The position numbers and the translations under genes are program-made. This document shows, one piece after another, positions 1-9,825 of a stretch of 64,000 nt of DNA (positions are counted from its first letter, which is position 1; each line of letters begins with the position of its first letter). The DNA lies in contig JADFYE010000011.1 of the NCBI GenBank assembly GCA_015233195.1, positions 4,472-68,471 on the forward strand, given 5' to 3'. Origin of the DNA: Candidatus Omnitrophota bacterium. GTDB taxonomy: Bacteria; Omnitrophota; Gorgyraeia; Zapsychrales; Zapsychraceae. The notes beneath the pieces were generated by a model. That model was not told the DNA's origin, made no database searches, and worked only from the letters and a program-made list of their open reading frames with translations.

Positions 1-2237
1 GAGGTAATTTAGATTATAAGGTTGGAATCGGACTTAAGGATGAAGTTGGACAGCTCTCGCGCTCATTTGACAAAATGACACAAGAATTAAAACAGCATAG
101 AGATAATTTGGAAGGATTAGTTGCTGAGCGTACGACTGAACTTAATCGGCTCAACCGTATTTTAAAAGCGCTTAGTAACAGTAATTATGCATCAACCCGC
201 CTTAGTGATGAGCCAACATATTTACAAGAAATATGTAAGATTATTGTTGAAGACTGTGGTTATGAGATGGTGTGGATCGGATATGCGGTTGAGGATGAAG
301 AAAAAAGTATAGTGCCTGTGGCATATGCTGGTTTTGAAAAAGGATATCTTGAAACTTTAAATCTTACTTGGGCGGACGCTGAGCGAGGCAGAGGACCCAC
401 TGGAACTGCAATACGCACCGGTAAACTGGTTATATGTAAAAACATGCATACTGACCCGTTGTTCACACCTTGGCGGGAAGAAGCTATAAAAAGAGGTTAT
501 GCTGCGTCAATTTCACTTCCTCTGATTTCTGAAGGAAAAACTTTTGGCGCGTTGACTATGTACGCTAAAGAACCAGATCCGTTTTCGGAAGAAGATGTAA
601 AGTTATTTACTGAATTGGTCGACGATATTGCTTCAGGTATAATTACAATAAGATTGCGTAAGGAAAATAAATTGTCTGAAGAAGCTTTGAAACTTAGAGA
701 GGAAAAAATTGAAGAACAATTCAATGAACTTATCCAGATTTATAAATATACTCCGGTAGGTTTATTTGTATTGGACCGGGATATGCGTTTTATAAGAGTT
801 AATGACCGGCTTGCAGAAACTAACGGAAAATCTATGGAAGAACATTTAGGACATTCGGTATCAGAGGTTATTTCTGAATCAATGGCAAAGGAACTTGCTC
901 AACTGTGGAAACCTATTTTTGAAAAAGGTGAACCGGTTTTAGATGTTGAAGTTAAAGGGGAGACAGCAAAAATGCCGGGAGTGGAGCGGTATTGGTTGGG
1001 TAATTATTTTCCGTATAGGTCAGCAGAAGGAGTAGTTATTGGGCTAATGGGCGCGGTTTTAGAAATCAGTGAACGTAAAGCTATGGAAAAGGATTTGGAA
1101 AAAAGCCGGAATGAGTTGGAGTTAAGAGTTAATCAAAGAACTGCTGAATTACGTCAGGCGAATGAGTTGATGGAAAAGATTTTTTCGACCGCTCATTTTT
1201 CCATTGTATATCTTGATCCGAAATTTAATTTTATCCGGGTAAATAAATCTTATGCCCAGGCGTGCGGATATACTCCTGAATTTTTTATAGGCAAAAATCA
1301 TTTTGATTTATATCCGCATGATGAAAACCGCGCGATATTTGAAAATGTCGTTAAGACCGGGCAACCGTTTTCAGTTTTCGCTAAGCCTTTTTCATTTCCT
1401 GATCATCCGGAATGGGGTGTAACTTATTGGGATTGGAGTTTACTGCCGGTTAAAGACGGAATAGGAGCAGTGGAAGGGCTGGTTTTTTGTTTGGTGGATG
1501 TTACCAAGCGTACTCAAGCGGAAGAAGAATTAGAAAAAACCCGCATGCAGTTGGAAGCGGCAAAACGGCTTTCGGATATTGGTACTCTGGCAGCGACTGT
1601 AGCACATGAACTGCGTAACCCTCTGGCTGCAATTAATATGGCGGCTTATAATATACAGCGTAAAGCGAAAAATCCTTTATTGGACAGTCATATCGAAGTT
1701 ATTGGACGGAAAATAAATGAAAGCGATCAGATTATAAATAATCTTCTGTTTTATACGCGTATTAAACCGCCGAAGCATGAATCAATTAACCTTTATGATA
1801 TTGTTAAAGAATGTTTTATTTTAGCTAAAGAACGTAATGCAAATTTAAATGTGACTGTGATTCAGCGGCTGGATAAAATAAAATCGGTATCTATGGATGG
1901 AGATTTGGTTCAATTACAAGAAATTTTCAGTAATATTATAAATAATGCTTTTGACGCCATGCGCACGCAGGGTGGTAAGATGACTATAATGGGGGATATT
2001 GAAGATGGTCGGGTACAGATTAAAATTTCAGATGAAGGGTTAGGTATAGATGCTGAAAATTTAAAAAGAGTTTTTGATCCGTTTTTTACGACTAAAGCGC
2101 AGGGCACAGGTTTAGGGCTTACAGTATGTAAACAAATTGTTACACTTCACGGCGGTACAATTGATATAACTAGTAAAAAAGGGGAGGGGACAACTGTTTC
2201 GGTCCAGCTCCCAATAAACAGAGAAAATCATGGGTAA
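1..2237 (+). CDS. Sensor histidine kinase, 5'-truncated by window edge (HAMP end, GAF, 2x PAS, HisKA, HATPase_c)
   Basis: Frame is open from nt 3 (GNLDYKVGIGLKDEVGQLSRSFDKMTQELK looks like the end of a HAMP domain), so the ATG at 75 is internal. H-box [12 protein letters not shown]; ATPase boxes DEGLGI and GTGLGL. Confidence 0.9.
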   Translation, partial: GNLDYKVGIGLKDEVGQLSRSFDKMTQELKQHRDNLEGLVAERTTELNRLNRILKALSNSNYASTRLSDEPTYLQEICKIIVEDCGYEMVWIGYAVEDEEKSIVPVAYAGFEKGYLETLNLTWADAERGRGPTGTAIRTGKLVICKNMHTDPLFTPWREEAIKRGYAASISLPLISEGKTFGALTMYAKEPDPFSEEDVKLFTELVDDIASGIITIRLRKENKLSEEALKLREEKIEEQFNELIQIYKYTPVGLFVLDRDMRFIRVNDRLAETNGKSMEEHLGHSVSEVISESMAKELAQLWKPIFEKGEPVLDVEVKGETAKMPGVERYWLGNYFPYRSAEGVVIGLMGAVLEISERKAMEKDLEKSRNELELRVNQRTAELRQANELMEKIFSTAHFSIVYLDPKFNFIRVNKSYAQACGYTPEFFIGKNHFDLYPHDENRAIFENVVKTGQPFSVFAKPFSFPDHPEWGVTYWDWSLLPVKDGIGAVEGLVFCLVDVTKRTQAEEELEKTRMQLEAAKRLSDIGTLAATVAHELRNPLAAINMAAYNIQRKAKNPLLDSHIEVIGRKINESDQIINNLLFYTRIKPPKHESINLYDIVKECFILAKERNANLNVTVIQRLDKIKSVSMDGDLVQLQEIFSNIINNAFDAMRTQGGKMTIMGDIEDGRVQIKISDEGLGIDAENLKRVFDPFFTTKAQGTGLGLTVCKQIVTLHGGTIDITSKKGEGTTVSVQLPINRENHG

Positions 2238-2589
2238 AAAAATCCTTATTATTGATGATGATGATGATCTTAGTCGGGAAATGGCGGATATTTTACGGGA
2301 TGAAGGTCATACTGTTGACACCCGGTTATATAAGCCCGAAGAACTGCCGGAATTTAAACCGCATAAATATGAGATAATTATTTTGGATTTTAAAATGCCA
2401 GGAATAACCGGAGCTGATATTTTAAGAACCATTCCTGAAAATCATGCCGGCACAAAAATCTTACTCATAAGCGGCAGACCGTTTGTTGAAAAAATTCTTA
2501 AAGAAACCGGTCAGTTTGGTAAAGTTGTAGAAATTATTTCAAAACCGTTCTCTATTCAAAATCTTCTGAAAAAAATCGCTGCTCTATAA
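2230..2589 (+). CDS. Single-domain response regulator (receiver only)
   Basis: IIDDDDD acidic pocket, phospho-Asp in ILDFKMPG, LLISG, SKPF. 8-nt overlap (ATGGGTAA) with the upstream kinase. Confidence 0.9.
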   Translation: MGKKILIIDDDDDLSREMADILRDEGHTVDTRLYKPEELPEFKPHKYEIIILDFKMPGITGADILRTIPENHAGTKILLISGRPFVEKILKETGQFGKVVEIISKPFSIQNLLKKIAAL

Positions 2590-2712
2590 GTTTCTTCCTG
2601 ATTTTTAAAAGTAGAAAAACATCAATAAATAGGGGAATCCTCCACTTATAAATAATTTATATGTTTATATAATAAAGAAAATTTACAAAATAAAATTTTA
2701 GGGGAGGAAGGA

Positions 2713-3114
2713 ATGGAAAGAAAAACAATTTTAATTTTAGATAATGACCGGGATTTTTTAAAAGAACTGGATGAAACTCTTACCTTAAGCGGTTATGACC
2801 TGATGGCAGTCGAAGACCCGCAGGAAGCTCTTAAAATTGCAAAACAAAATAAAATTGATTTAATTTTAGTTGATTTAAAAATGCCGAAAAAAACTGGTTT
2901 TGAAGTGGCTTATGAAGTTAGCCGGTCTTCCCATCTAAACCATATTCCAATAGTAGCTATGACTGGATTTTACACTGAAGAATATGATGAGCTTTTTAAT
3001 TATTGTTGTATCAGCCGATGTTTAAAAAAACCGTTCAGACCGTTGGATGTTATTAATCTGATAGAAGAAGTTTTAAGTATAAATCTGAATGAAAAACTTA
3101 ATGTGGGAAGATAG
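2713..3114 (+). CDS. Single-domain response regulator (receiver only)
   Basis: ILDND, LVDLKMPKKTG, VAMTGF, LKKPF. Strong SD GGGGAGGAAGG upstream. Confidence 0.85.
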   Translation: MERKTILILDNDRDFLKELDETLTLSGYDLMAVEDPQEALKIAKQNKIDLILVDLKMPKKTGFEVAYEVSRSSHLNHIPIVAMTGFYTEEYDELFNYCCISRCLKKPFRPLDVINLIEEVLSINLNEKLNVGR

Positions 3115-3139
3115 TAAATAAAACATGGAGGAATATAAA

Positions 3140-3535
3140 ATGTCAGAACTCAAAGAATTAATTCAAAGCGCGGATTGGAAATCAGAAAAGCATGTTCCAG
3201 TAATTGAATCCGCTGACAAAGTTAAAAAAGGTGAGTGGGTTAAGGTTACTGTAACTGTAGGTAAAGAAATTCCTCATCCTAATAAAACTGAGCATCACAT
3301 TAGTTTGATTGAAATATATTTTCATCCGCAAAATGAAAAATTTCCTTATCAAATCGGTAGTGCGGAATTTACCGCTCATGGCGCTTCAATTCAAGGTCCA
3401 GACACCAGTACCGTATATACACAGCCAACCGCAGTTTTGAGTTTTAAGACTGATAAATCCGGAACTATTTTAGCAGTAAGTTATTGCAATATTCATGGGC
3501 TATGGCAAGGTTCAAAAACATTGGAGGTTTTATAG
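3140..3535 (+). CDS. Superoxide reductase (1Fe neelaredoxin / desulfoferrodoxin ferrous-iron-binding domain)
   Basis: N-terminal EKHVPVIE motif, HPNKTEHHISLIE and C-terminal CNIHGLW iron-ligand motifs. Start moved to 3140 because SD GGAGGA lies 7 nt upstream (the track ATG is 3125). Confidence 0.85.
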   Translation: MSELKELIQSADWKSEKHVPVIESADKVKKGEWVKVTVTVGKEIPHPNKTEHHISLIEIYFHPQNEKFPYQIGSAEFTAHGASIQGPDTSTVYTQPTAVLSFKTDKSGTILAVSYCNIHGLWQGSKTLEVL

Positions 3536-4087
3536 ATGCTTCCAGTTGGTTTGTTAATGATAGAACATCGTCTGATCGAACGCATGATCAAATTGATGAG
3601 AACGGAAACTTCAAAGATCAATAACGGCGAAGATCCTAAAGTTCAATTTCTTCATGCGGTTACTGATTTTATTAAAACTTATGCTGATCAATGTCATCAT
3701 GGTAAAGAAGAGAATATTTTGTTTAAAAGTCTGGTTAAAAAACCGCTTTCGGAAAAACATAAACAGATTTTAAATGAACTTGCAGAGGAGCACATCTTTG
3801 CACGTAAAAAAACCAGAGGTTTGGAAGAAGCTATAAAAAAATATTTGCAGGGAGAATCTTCGGCTATTCCTAAAATTTCTCAATTTATGCACGAACTCAC
3901 GGAGTTTTATCCGCAGCATATTGAAAAAGAAGACAAACAGTTTTTTTTACCGTGTATGGATTATTATTCCAAATCAGAACTGGATACTTTATTGAATGAT
4001 TTTATGGCGTTTGATAAAGATCTGGTTCATGAAAAATATAAGGAGATTGTATATTCGTGGGAGGCAGACCAAGGGGATACTATATGA
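3536..4087 (+). CDS. Hemerythrin-like (HHE cation-binding) domain protein
   Basis: MIEHRLIERM, CHHGKEENILF and EEHIFARK His/Glu ligand patterns. ATG immediately follows the SOR stop (TAGATG). Confidence 0.75.
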   Translation: MLPVGLLMIEHRLIERMIKLMRTETSKINNGEDPKVQFLHAVTDFIKTYADQCHHGKEENILFKSLVKKPLSEKHKQILNELAEEHIFARKKTRGLEEAIKKYLQGESSAIPKISQFMHELTEFYPQHIEKEDKQFFLPCMDYYSKSELDTLLNDFMAFDKDLVHEKYKEIVYSWEADQGDTI

Positions 4088-5244
4088 AAAAAATATTTTT
4101 TATTTTAACTGGAATCACTATGCTTTTTAATTTTAATACATCTCTGGTTGCAAAAGCTCAAGCGCAGATAGCCGGTGCAGAACAGAGTGAGCGCGTGCGT
4201 TATTTTTATGACGCTTTGGTTCCTTATGGGGAATGGATATGGAATGCTCAGTATGGCTGGGTGTGGTCGCCTTATAATGTACCGATTGATTGGCAGCCAT
4301 ATACCGACGGACATTGGGAATATACGGATTATGGATGGACTTGGACATCGGATATGCCGTGGGGATGGGCGTGTTTTCATTATGGCAGGTGGTTTTATGA
4401 TGATAATTATGGATGGTTATGGTATCCGGATACAGTTTGGGCGCCTAGTTGGGTTGCCTGGCGGGTAAGCAATGATTGGATTGGCTGGGCGCCATTACCG
4501 CCTGAGGCTATTTGGCGCGAGCATATGGGATTAGAATTCAGCGATGATGATGAAGATGATTTTATTCCTTGGCACGCTTTTAGTTTTTGTCATGTTAATG
4601 AATTTGTAGAGAGGAATATTAAGCATCATTTGGCTAATCGCGCGCTTACAATAACTATTATGAAAGAATCCTCGCATGTTTCTCATTCTGTAAAATTTAG
4701 AAATGAACGGGTGGTTAATGAGCTACCGTTTGAGAAGCAAATTGTAAAAGTAGTAGGACACCCGATAACTCCTCGTAAATTGGTTTCAGTAAATACTCCG
4801 GAACAACATGGTATTTTTGGCAATGAAGTTAGAATGTTCCGTCCGGAATTTAAGGTAAAATCGCAAGAGGGAAAAGTTTCGAATACGCCCAGGGCTGTGC
4901 CGTTACCGTTAAGTGAAAAGCAGCCTGAAATTCGAAATTTGATAAATCAACATCAAATTGAAATGCAAAATTTAGAGAAAATGCATTCAGAGCGGCAAAA
5001 GGTTTTAAAGGAAGAACACGCGCGGGAACTGCAAAATCCGCCTCCAGGTATATCCAGGGAACAATTGATTGAAAAACATCAGACTGAGTTAAAGGCTAAT
5101 CAGGAACAAATACAGCGAGAACAGCAGCTTTTACAAAATTGGCATAACCGTGAAGAGCGAACATACACTGTTCCGAATGCGCCCCCTCATCGAGCTTTTA
5201 CTATTAAAGATGAAGAAGATAAGAAGGACAAAATATCGGAATAG
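4084..5244 (+). CDS. Secreted WXXGXW/YXWGXW-repeat protein with Q/E-rich coiled-coil C-terminus, function unknown
   Basis: Start set at 4084 (MKKIFFILTG... signal peptide ending AKAQAQ; ATGA overlap with the hemerythrin stop). Trp-rich repeats YGWVWSPY, YGWTWTSDMPWGWACFHYGRW, YGWLWYPDTVWAPSWVAWR. Confidence 0.7.
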   Translation: MKKIFFILTGITMLFNFNTSLVAKAQAQIAGAEQSERVRYFYDALVPYGEWIWNAQYGWVWSPYNVPIDWQPYTDGHWEYTDYGWTWTSDMPWGWACFHYGRWFYDDNYGWLWYPDTVWAPSWVAWRVSNDWIGWAPLPPEAIWREHMGLEFSDDDEDDFIPWHAFSFCHVNEFVERNIKHHLANRALTITIMKESSHVSHSVKFRNERVVNELPFEKQIVKVVGHPITPRKLVSVNTPEQHGIFGNEVRMFRPEFKVKSQEGKVSNTPRAVPLPLSEKQPEIRNLINQHQIEMQNLEKMHSERQKVLKEEHARELQNPPPGISREQLIEKHQTELKANQEQIQREQQLLQNWHNREERTYTVPNAPPHRAFTIKDEEDKKDKISE

Positions 5245-5301
5245 GAGTTAGTGATGTTTATTGATTATCTTTCATAAACTTGTTTTAACCAGGAGGTAAG
5301 T

Positions 5302-5727
5302 ATGAGAAAGAGAATTGTAATTTTAATCGTTGGAGCAATGTTTTTAGGCGCAGGGCTTGGCGCAATAGCATCGGCACAAGCAGCAAAAGATATGACTGGA
5401 ACAGAAATGATGATGAAAAAAAGTATGAAGATGGAGCATAAGGGTGAGGGTATGAATAAAATGGGTGGGATGATGATGGAAAGTATGATGAAAAAAAACA
5501 TAATCGCTACTTCTGACGGAGGGGTGATTGTTATGGCGGGTAATAAATTAATGAAATATGATAAAGACCTTAATCTGATTAAAGAAGTTGATATCAAAAT
5601 TGATATGGAAGCTATTAAGAAAGATATGAAAGCAATGATGGAAAATTGTCCGATGATGCAAAAAGAGTCAATGGAAGAAGAAAAGATGGAACACGAGATG
5701 GAAAAAAAGGCAGAAACAGCTAAATAG
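5302..5727 (+). CDS. Exported methionine-rich small protein (24 Met in about 114 mature residues)
   Basis: SD AGGAGG 6 nt upstream. Signal peptide MRKRIVILIVGAMFLGAGLGAIASAQA. MMMKKSMKMEHKGEGMNKMGGMMMESMM and MEHEME clusters. Confidence 0.75.
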   Translation: MRKRIVILIVGAMFLGAGLGAIASAQAAKDMTGTEMMMKKSMKMEHKGEGMNKMGGMMMESMMKKNIIATSDGGVIVMAGNKLMKYDKDLNLIKEVDIKIDMEAIKKDMKAMMENCPMMQKESMEEEKMEHEMEKKAETAK

Positions 5728-5735
5728 TTTAAAAT

Positions 5736-5776
5736 AAATAAGGACAAATCTTGATAAATAAGGTTTGTCCTTATTT
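5736..5776 (+). terminator. Hairpin after the Met-rich gene (13-bp stem AAATAAGGACAAA / TTTGTCCTTATTT)
   Basis: Perfect inverted repeat read directly, 9 nt after the stop. Weak T tract, so an intrinsic-terminator role is inferred. Confidence 0.55.
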
Positions 5777-5846
5777 ATATCGTTGCTAATAAGTAATCCT
5801 CGGGTTAAAATAATTAACTTAATTTATATATTTTAGAGGAAAATAA

Positions 5847-7340
5847 ATGCGGTTTAATAATTTTTTCATGCGTTATTTTCTTGCTTTGCTGGCTACCGGC
5901 ATAGCGTTTAGCTTACGGGTGATCCTTGTTCATTTTGTGGGTAATGGGTTAGCTACCTATATCACTTTCTATCCTTTTGTAATGATTGTAGCGTTATTAG
6001 GTGGGTTAGGTCCGGGGTTGGTAACTACCATCTCATCTATCTTAATCGTTGATTATTGGTTTTTACCTCCGATCGGAGTGTTTAGGTATGAAAATACTGC
6101 AGATGCTGTAGGTGCTGTATTTTTTTTAGGTATGGGAATATTAATGAGTGTAGTAGTGGAGTATTACCGTAGAGCTCAAAAAAAATCTATAGCAGCATTG
6201 CATTTGGCAAATTTATATAACCGCAGTTTGCTTGAAGCCTCAATTGATCCTTTGGTAACTATATCTGCAAATGGTAAAATCACCGACGTTAATGAAGCTA
6301 CAATAAAAGCTACTGGTAGAACCAGAGAAGAATTAATCGGTACAGAATATGCCAGCTATTTTACGGAACCTGAAAAAGCTCAGGCTGGCTATCAGCAGGT
6401 ATTTGCAAAAGGTTTTGTAAAAGATTATCCGCTGACTATGCGGCATAAGAATGGCAAGTTGATGGACGTGCTTTATAATGCCAGCCTTTATAAAGATAAT
6501 CACGGTAATATTGCTGGTATTTTTGCTGCTGCCCGCGACGTGACTTTGCTTAATCAGGCAGAAGCAGAACTCCGGCGTCATCGGGATAGTCTTGAAATTT
6601 TGGTAAACGAACGCACAGCTGACCTTGAATCTTCTAACCGGGATCTGGCGCGTACTAATGAAAATTTAGAGCAGTTTGCTTATGTAGCTTCACATGATCT
6701 GCAAGAGCCGCTTAGGGTAATGTCCAGTTATTCTCAACTTTTAGAGAAGCGGTATAAAGATAAACTCGATCAGGATGCTAATGATTTTATTGAATTTATT
6801 GTAGACGCTGCAAAGCGGATGCAGACGCTTATAACTGATCTTCTTTCGTATTCTCGTATCGGCAGAGCTGAATTGCCAATGAAGGATGTAGATGTTGATA
6901 GCATAGTAAATAAAATTATCAAAGGAATGTCTTCTAGCATTGAACAAAGCGGTGGGATTGTAAGTCATGACCAATTGCCGGTTTTATTGGCTCATGAAAT
7001 CAGTATTATACAGTTGTTTCAAAATCTTATATCAAACGCGTTGAAATTCCGTGGTGAAGAAGCGCCAAGGATTCATATAAGCGTTAAGCGAAATGATGCT
7101 GGCTGGACATTTTCAGTGGCAGATAATGGGCTTGGGATTGAGCCGCAGTATCATGAGCGGATATTCCAGATTTTTCAACGGCTTCATTCCCGCAGTGAAT
7201 ATTCCGGAACCGGCATTGGTTTGTCTATCTGTAAAAAAATTGTTGAGAATTATGGAGGAGAAATTTGGGTTGAGTCACAAAAGGGCAAGGGTTCGATTTT
7301 TTATTTTACAATTCCAATAAAAGGAGAAAAAAATGGTTAG
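5847..7340 (+). CDS. Sensor histidine kinase (DUF4118-like membrane domain, PAS, HisKA, HATPase_c)
   Basis: KdpD-type N-terminal TM bundle ([18 protein letters not shown]), PAS, H-box [16 protein letters not shown] and GTGIGL. Confidence 0.9.
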   Translation: MRFNNFFMRYFLALLATGIAFSLRVILVHFVGNGLATYITFYPFVMIVALLGGLGPGLVTTISSILIVDYWFLPPIGVFRYENTADAVGAVFFLGMGILMSVVVEYYRRAQKKSIAALHLANLYNRSLLEASIDPLVTISANGKITDVNEATIKATGRTREELIGTEYASYFTEPEKAQAGYQQVFAKGFVKDYPLTMRHKNGKLMDVLYNASLYKDNHGNIAGIFAAARDVTLLNQAEAELRRHRDSLEILVNERTADLESSNRDLARTNENLEQFAYVASHDLQEPLRVMSSYSQLLEKRYKDKLDQDANDFIEFIVDAAKRMQTLITDLLSYSRIGRAELPMKDVDVDSIVNKIIKGMSSSIEQSGGIVSHDQLPVLLAHEISIIQLFQNLISNALKFRGEEAPRIHISVKRNDAGWTFSVADNGLGIEPQYHERIFQIFQRLHSRSEYSGTGIGLSICKKIVENYGGEIWVESQKGKGSIFYFTIPIKGEKNG

Positions 7341-7797
7341 TGATAAAAGTCATTTTGTGAGTCCGATTGAAATACTGCTGGTAGAAGATAGCCCTGCGGA
7401 TGTCCGTCTGACCAAAGAGGCGCTTAAGGAAGAAAAACTTCATATGAATCTTCATGTAGTAGGTGATGGAGTTGAGGCAATGCAGTTTTTACATAAAGAA
7501 GGTAAATACGCGAACGCGCCAAGACCGGATCTAATACTTCTAGATCTCAATCTTCCTAAAAAAGACGGGCGCGAAGTACTTAAAGAAATTAAAGAAGATA
7601 AAAATTTAAAGTCCATACCAACTGTTATTCTGACGGTTTCTAAGGCGGAAGAAGATGTTTTTAAAACTTATAACTTGCACGCGAATTGTTATATTACAAA
7701 ACCGCTGGATTTGAATCAATTTTCACGGGTGGTACAGTCTATAAAAGATTTTTGGCTGACTATTGTCAAACTTCCGGCTAATGGAGGCAAGGAATAA
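7333..7797 (+). CDS. Single-domain response regulator (receiver only)
   Basis: [31 protein letters not shown]. 8-nt overlap (ATGGTTAG) with the upstream kinase. Confidence 0.9.
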   Translation: MVSDKSHFVSPIEILLVEDSPADVRLTKEALKEEKLHMNLHVVGDGVEAMQFLHKEGKYANAPRPDLILLDLNLPKKDGREVLKEIKEDKNLKSIPTVILTVSKAEEDVFKTYNLHANCYITKPLDLNQFSRVVQSIKDFWLTIVKLPANGGKE

Positions 7798-9340
7798 CGT
7801 GGTTTTGGAAAAGGTAACATTATTAATAGTTGAAGATAATGACGCGGATTTTCGTCTGGTCGCGGAGTATTTGAAAGAATCTCCTTTGATATCCTTTGAA
7901 ATTGTCAGGGCGACGAGACTTTCAGATGCTATTATTATGTTATCGGAAAACAAAATTGATGCTGCTTTATTGGATCTTGATCTGCCGGATAGTAAAGGAT
8001 TATCCATAATAGAAAAAATTTATAATCATGATCAGGGAATTGCGATATTAGTTGTGACCGGATTAGATGATGAGAAATTAGGAATAGAAGCAGTTAAAAA
8101 AGGTGCACAGGATTATCTGGTTAAAGGGGCTATTAATGGAGAGCTGCTTTATAGAAGTATTCGCTATGCAGTAGAACGTAAGCGAGCGGAAAAAGCTTTG
8201 CATGAGAGTGAAGATAGGTTGAAATTTGCGCTTAAAGCAAGCCACACTGGAGCATGGGATTTAGATCTTATTGATCATACTGCAGTAAGATCGATAGAGC
8301 ATGACCGTATATTTGGTTATAATGAACTCTTGCCTTTATGGACTTATGAAATGTTCAGAGAACATGTGCTTCCAGAAGACCGTGAAATTGTGGATAGTAA
8401 GTTTATGTCAGCTATTGAAAATAAAACTGATTGGAATTTTGAGTGCCGCATTCGCCGGGTTGATGGAAAAGAGCGCTGGATCTGGGCGGTAGGGCGGCAT
8501 CATAGCGATGCATTCGGTAGAGTGCGGCGTATGGCTGGGATTGTGCAGGATATAACTGAAAGAAAATTGGCTGAAGAGATTTTGAAACGCGATAAGGAAA
8601 CTTTTGAGCGGCTGGTACAAGAAAGAACCAAAGATTTAGTAAATGCACAAGTCGAATTGGAACGGGCAAAACGGCTTTCTGATATTGGAGTATTAGCAGC
8701 TACGGTTGCTCATGAGTTGCGTAATCCTCTGGCAGCTATAGCTATGGCGTCGGCTAATATTCAGCGTAAAGCTAAAGACGCGTCATCATTAGAGGGGCAT
8801 TTTCAAGTTATAGAAAAGAAAGTATTTGAGAGTGATCAAATTATTAATAATCTGTTGTTTTATTCGCGGCTGCGTAAGCCTGATTTAAAAAAAGTAGATA
8901 TTTATTCTATTCTAGAAGAATGTGTTGATCACGCAGAAAAACAGTCTCAGAATAAAATTGTATTTACGAAGAAGTTTGATTCGATAAAAAATATTTTTAT
9001 TGAAGCGGATACCTTGCAAATTCAGGAAACTTTTTCTAATTTATTAAATAATGCTCGCGACGCGATTAACAGTGGCACCGGCGTAATAGAAATAAACGCG
9101 AGTCATGATTCCGAGTCGGTTAAAGTAATCATAAAAGATAATGGAAGCGGCATAGCAGAAGAAGATTTAGCGCATATATTTGATCCATTTTTTACTACCA
9201 AAGCCAAAGGTACTGGATTGGGACTAACAGTTTGTTATCAAATAATGAAGATGCATGGCGGATCTATTGGTTTTAAAAGTGAAAAGGATCAAGGGACAGC
9301 GGTTGAATTAATTTTGTCTAAAAAAGGTAAAAATGCTTAA
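7763..9340 (+). CDS. Hybrid receiver-PAS-histidine kinase
   Basis: N-terminal REC ([24 protein letters not shown]), PAS, then a HisKA/HATPase core about 70-80% identical by eye to that of the 1..2237 kinase. True start uncertain (ATG 7763 or 7781, or GTG 7799). Confidence 0.85.
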   Translation: MSNFRLMEARNNVVLEKVTLLIVEDNDADFRLVAEYLKESPLISFEIVRATRLSDAIIMLSENKIDAALLDLDLPDSKGLSIIEKIYNHDQGIAILVVTGLDDEKLGIEAVKKGAQDYLVKGAINGELLYRSIRYAVERKRAEKALHESEDRLKFALKASHTGAWDLDLIDHTAVRSIEHDRIFGYNELLPLWTYEMFREHVLPEDREIVDSKFMSAIENKTDWNFECRIRRVDGKERWIWAVGRHHSDAFGRVRRMAGIVQDITERKLAEEILKRDKETFERLVQERTKDLVNAQVELERAKRLSDIGVLAATVAHELRNPLAAIAMASANIQRKAKDASSLEGHFQVIEKKVFESDQIINNLLFYSRLRKPDLKKVDIYSILEECVDHAEKQSQNKIVFTKKFDSIKNIFIEADTLQIQETFSNLLNNARDAINSGTGVIEINASHDSESVKVIIKDNGSGIAEEDLAHIFDPFFTTKAKGTGLGLTVCYQIMKMHGGSIGFKSEKDQGTAVELILSKKGKNA

Positions 9341-9731
9341 GCGAAAGATTTTAATTATTGATGATGATGTTGAATTATGCGAGGGTATGGCGACTTTGTT
9401 GCGGCATGAAGGATATATGGTTGAAAACACGTCTGATGTTTTTGCGGGAGTGAATTTGATTGAAGAACAAGAATTTAATGTTGTTTTGCTGGATTTCAGG
9501 ATGAAGGGTATGAACGGTATTGATATTTTAAAAAAAATCCAGAGTAAAAATTCCAAGATGAAAGTTTTTATTATCAGCGGTCAGCCGTCTATAGAGGAAT
9601 TGCTAGAGGACGAAAAAGTGTCGCATCTGGTAGCTGGAATAATTAATAAACCGTTTAGCGCAAAAGTTTTATTGGAAAAGATTAAAAAATCTTTGGAAAT
9701 TATACCGCCTAAATCTAGTGGAAAAAAGTAA
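9333..9731 (+). CDS. Single-domain response regulator (receiver only), paralogue of 2230..2589
   Basis: ILIIDDDVEL, LLDFRMKGMNG, IISGQ, NKPF. 8-nt overlap (ATGCTTAA) with the upstream kinase. Confidence 0.9.
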   Translation: MLKRKILIIDDDVELCEGMATLLRHEGYMVENTSDVFAGVNLIEEQEFNVVLLDFRMKGMNGIDILKKIQSKNSKMKVFIISGQPSIEELLEDEKVSHLVAGIINKPFSAKVLLEKIKKSLEIIPPKSSGKK

Positions 9732-9825
9732 ATAAAAAGTAGACTTGCCTAATTTTCATATTCTGATCAGTTGATAAAATACATTATAATTTATTTCGGG
9801 AATGTTAAACAAAAGGGAGAATGAA

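Noticed and set aside
4105-4468. Overlapping alternative-frame ORFs (4105..4380 -, 4133..4348 -, 4175..4468 +) in the WXXGXW-repeat gene
   Set aside because: They are by-products of the repetitive TGG/GGA-rich coding sequence. Only the 4084..5244 frame has a signal peptide and the Trp-repeat pattern.
5265-5747. 160-aa minus-strand ORF covering the Met-rich gene
   Set aside because: It is the antisense shadow of an ATG-rich low-complexity gene (CAT/ATC codons give an Ile/Ser/Phe-rich string). It has no SD, while the plus-strand ORF has an SD, a signal peptide and a terminator.
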